The position numbers and the translations under genes are program-made. A DNA stretch of 64,000 nucleotides, from the NCBI RefSeq assembly GCF_009914755.1, contig NC_060931.1, one strand, 5' to 3'. The notes beneath the pieces are model-generated. The model had not been told where the DNA came from and did no database searches. It saw only the letters and a list, made by a program, of their open reading frames with translations. How positions within the stretch are numbered: the stretch's first letter is position 1; each line of letters starts with the position of its first letter. Below, piece by piece: positions 62,980-64,000 of the stretch. This stretch comes from the human T2T-CHM13v2.0 reference genome, Homo sapiens.

Positions 62980-63910
62980 TACCTGGGGTACAAGTATGCT
63001 CAAATTTAAAAGAAAATGCCAATTTGTATTTCAGATGCATATACCAATTTATATTCCTACAATGCAATATTTAGGAATCTCCATTGATCCATATACTTTC
63101 CAAGACTTGGTATAACCCAATTATTAATTTTTCCAAAACTAAGTAATGTAAAATTGTATCTCATAGTTCTCTAATGGGATTTCCCTAATTATTGAGGTTA
63201 ATCATTTTTTTCATATATTTATTTGACATTCCTATTTTATCTCTGTGAAAAGCCTGTTCATGTCATATTTTCTATTGTTTTTGCATATTACATATTCATT
63301 ATATATTCTGAACACCAGTCTTTTGTCAGTTATGTTCATTCTAAAAATATTCTCCCTACTCATGCTTTATGTTTTTACTTTCTTTATGGTGTCTGTTGCT
63401 GGGTGGACATTTTTTAATTTTGATGCAGATGAAGTTAATTTTAAAACTATTTCATGTTTGTTTCTCTTACTATCTTGCTTATGAAATCTTAACCCATTTC
63501 AACATTTAAAAGACATACTCTTTTATATTTTTTAAACATTTAAAAATATTGCTTTGCTGTCTTAATTACTACTGCCTCATAAAGGTCCTGATATCTGGTA
63601 GGACAAGTAACCTAAAAATCTAGTTGAAATTTTGTTTTGAATGTCCTTATAACTTTTAAAAATTATTTATTTACTTATATTTGTTGATATATATTAGATG
63701 TACCTTTATATCTTTTTAATAAATTTGGGAAGAATTAACACCTGTATGCTATTAAGCGTTCTAATCCATAATCATGATATATCTTCTCATTTTTACAGGT
63801 TTTCTTTAATATCTTTCCAAAATAGTTTATACATATACATAGAAAATTTGTATAGTTCTCTTTGTACAGATATTTTTCAGGCTTATTCCTATGTAACTTG
63901 GAATATTGTA
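62980..63910 (-). mobile_element. Old L1M ORF2/3' fragment
   Basis: ataccaatttatattccta...gtatctcatagtt...cctgttcatgtc typical of antisense L1M. Confidence 0.55.
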
Positions 63911-63914
63911 AATT

Positions 63915-64000
63915 TTTTTCTTTTTTTTGAAACAGGGTCTTACTCTGCCACCCAGGCTGTAGTGTACTGGCACAATCACAATTCATTGCAGCCTCAACTC
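63915..64000 (-). mobile_element. AluJ 3' part (cut by window edge)
   Basis: tttgaaacagggtcttactctg...cattgcagcctcaactc. Confidence 0.9.

Overview
Hominid (human or great-ape type) non-coding genomic DNA, most likely the 5' region and long first intron(s) of a large gene that I cannot name from the sequence. There is a CpG island/promoter at about 10.96-11.50 kb and a second promoter- or first-exon-like unique block at about 12.85-13.95 kb. I recognise no host protein-coding exon; every long ORF derives from LINE-1. The window holds about ten Alu/FLAM copies, MIR, L2, MER and MLT1 fossils, old L1M/HAL1 debris and several microsatellites. It also holds a full-length L1PA2-type element on the minus strand (42.56-48.58 kb) with ORF1/ORF2 frameshifted but an intact antisense ORF0, and a 5'-inverted (twin-primed) L1PA3/4-type element (59.07-61.87 kb). 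The most interesting observations are: (1) the intact ORF0/antisense promoter pointing at a strong splice acceptor about 1.2 kb past the L1; (2) six apparently non-consensus alleles shared between the two neighbouring L1s of different subfamily, possibly ectopic gene conversion; (3) a 125-bp locally templated insertion; (4) a poly(A)-only insertion and a mini-L1 with a 3' transduction; (5) two micro-exon candidates; (6) a 1.1-kb palindromic TA-rich tract. I see no convincing new biological system; subfamily calls rest on my recollection of consensus sequences, not on alignments.
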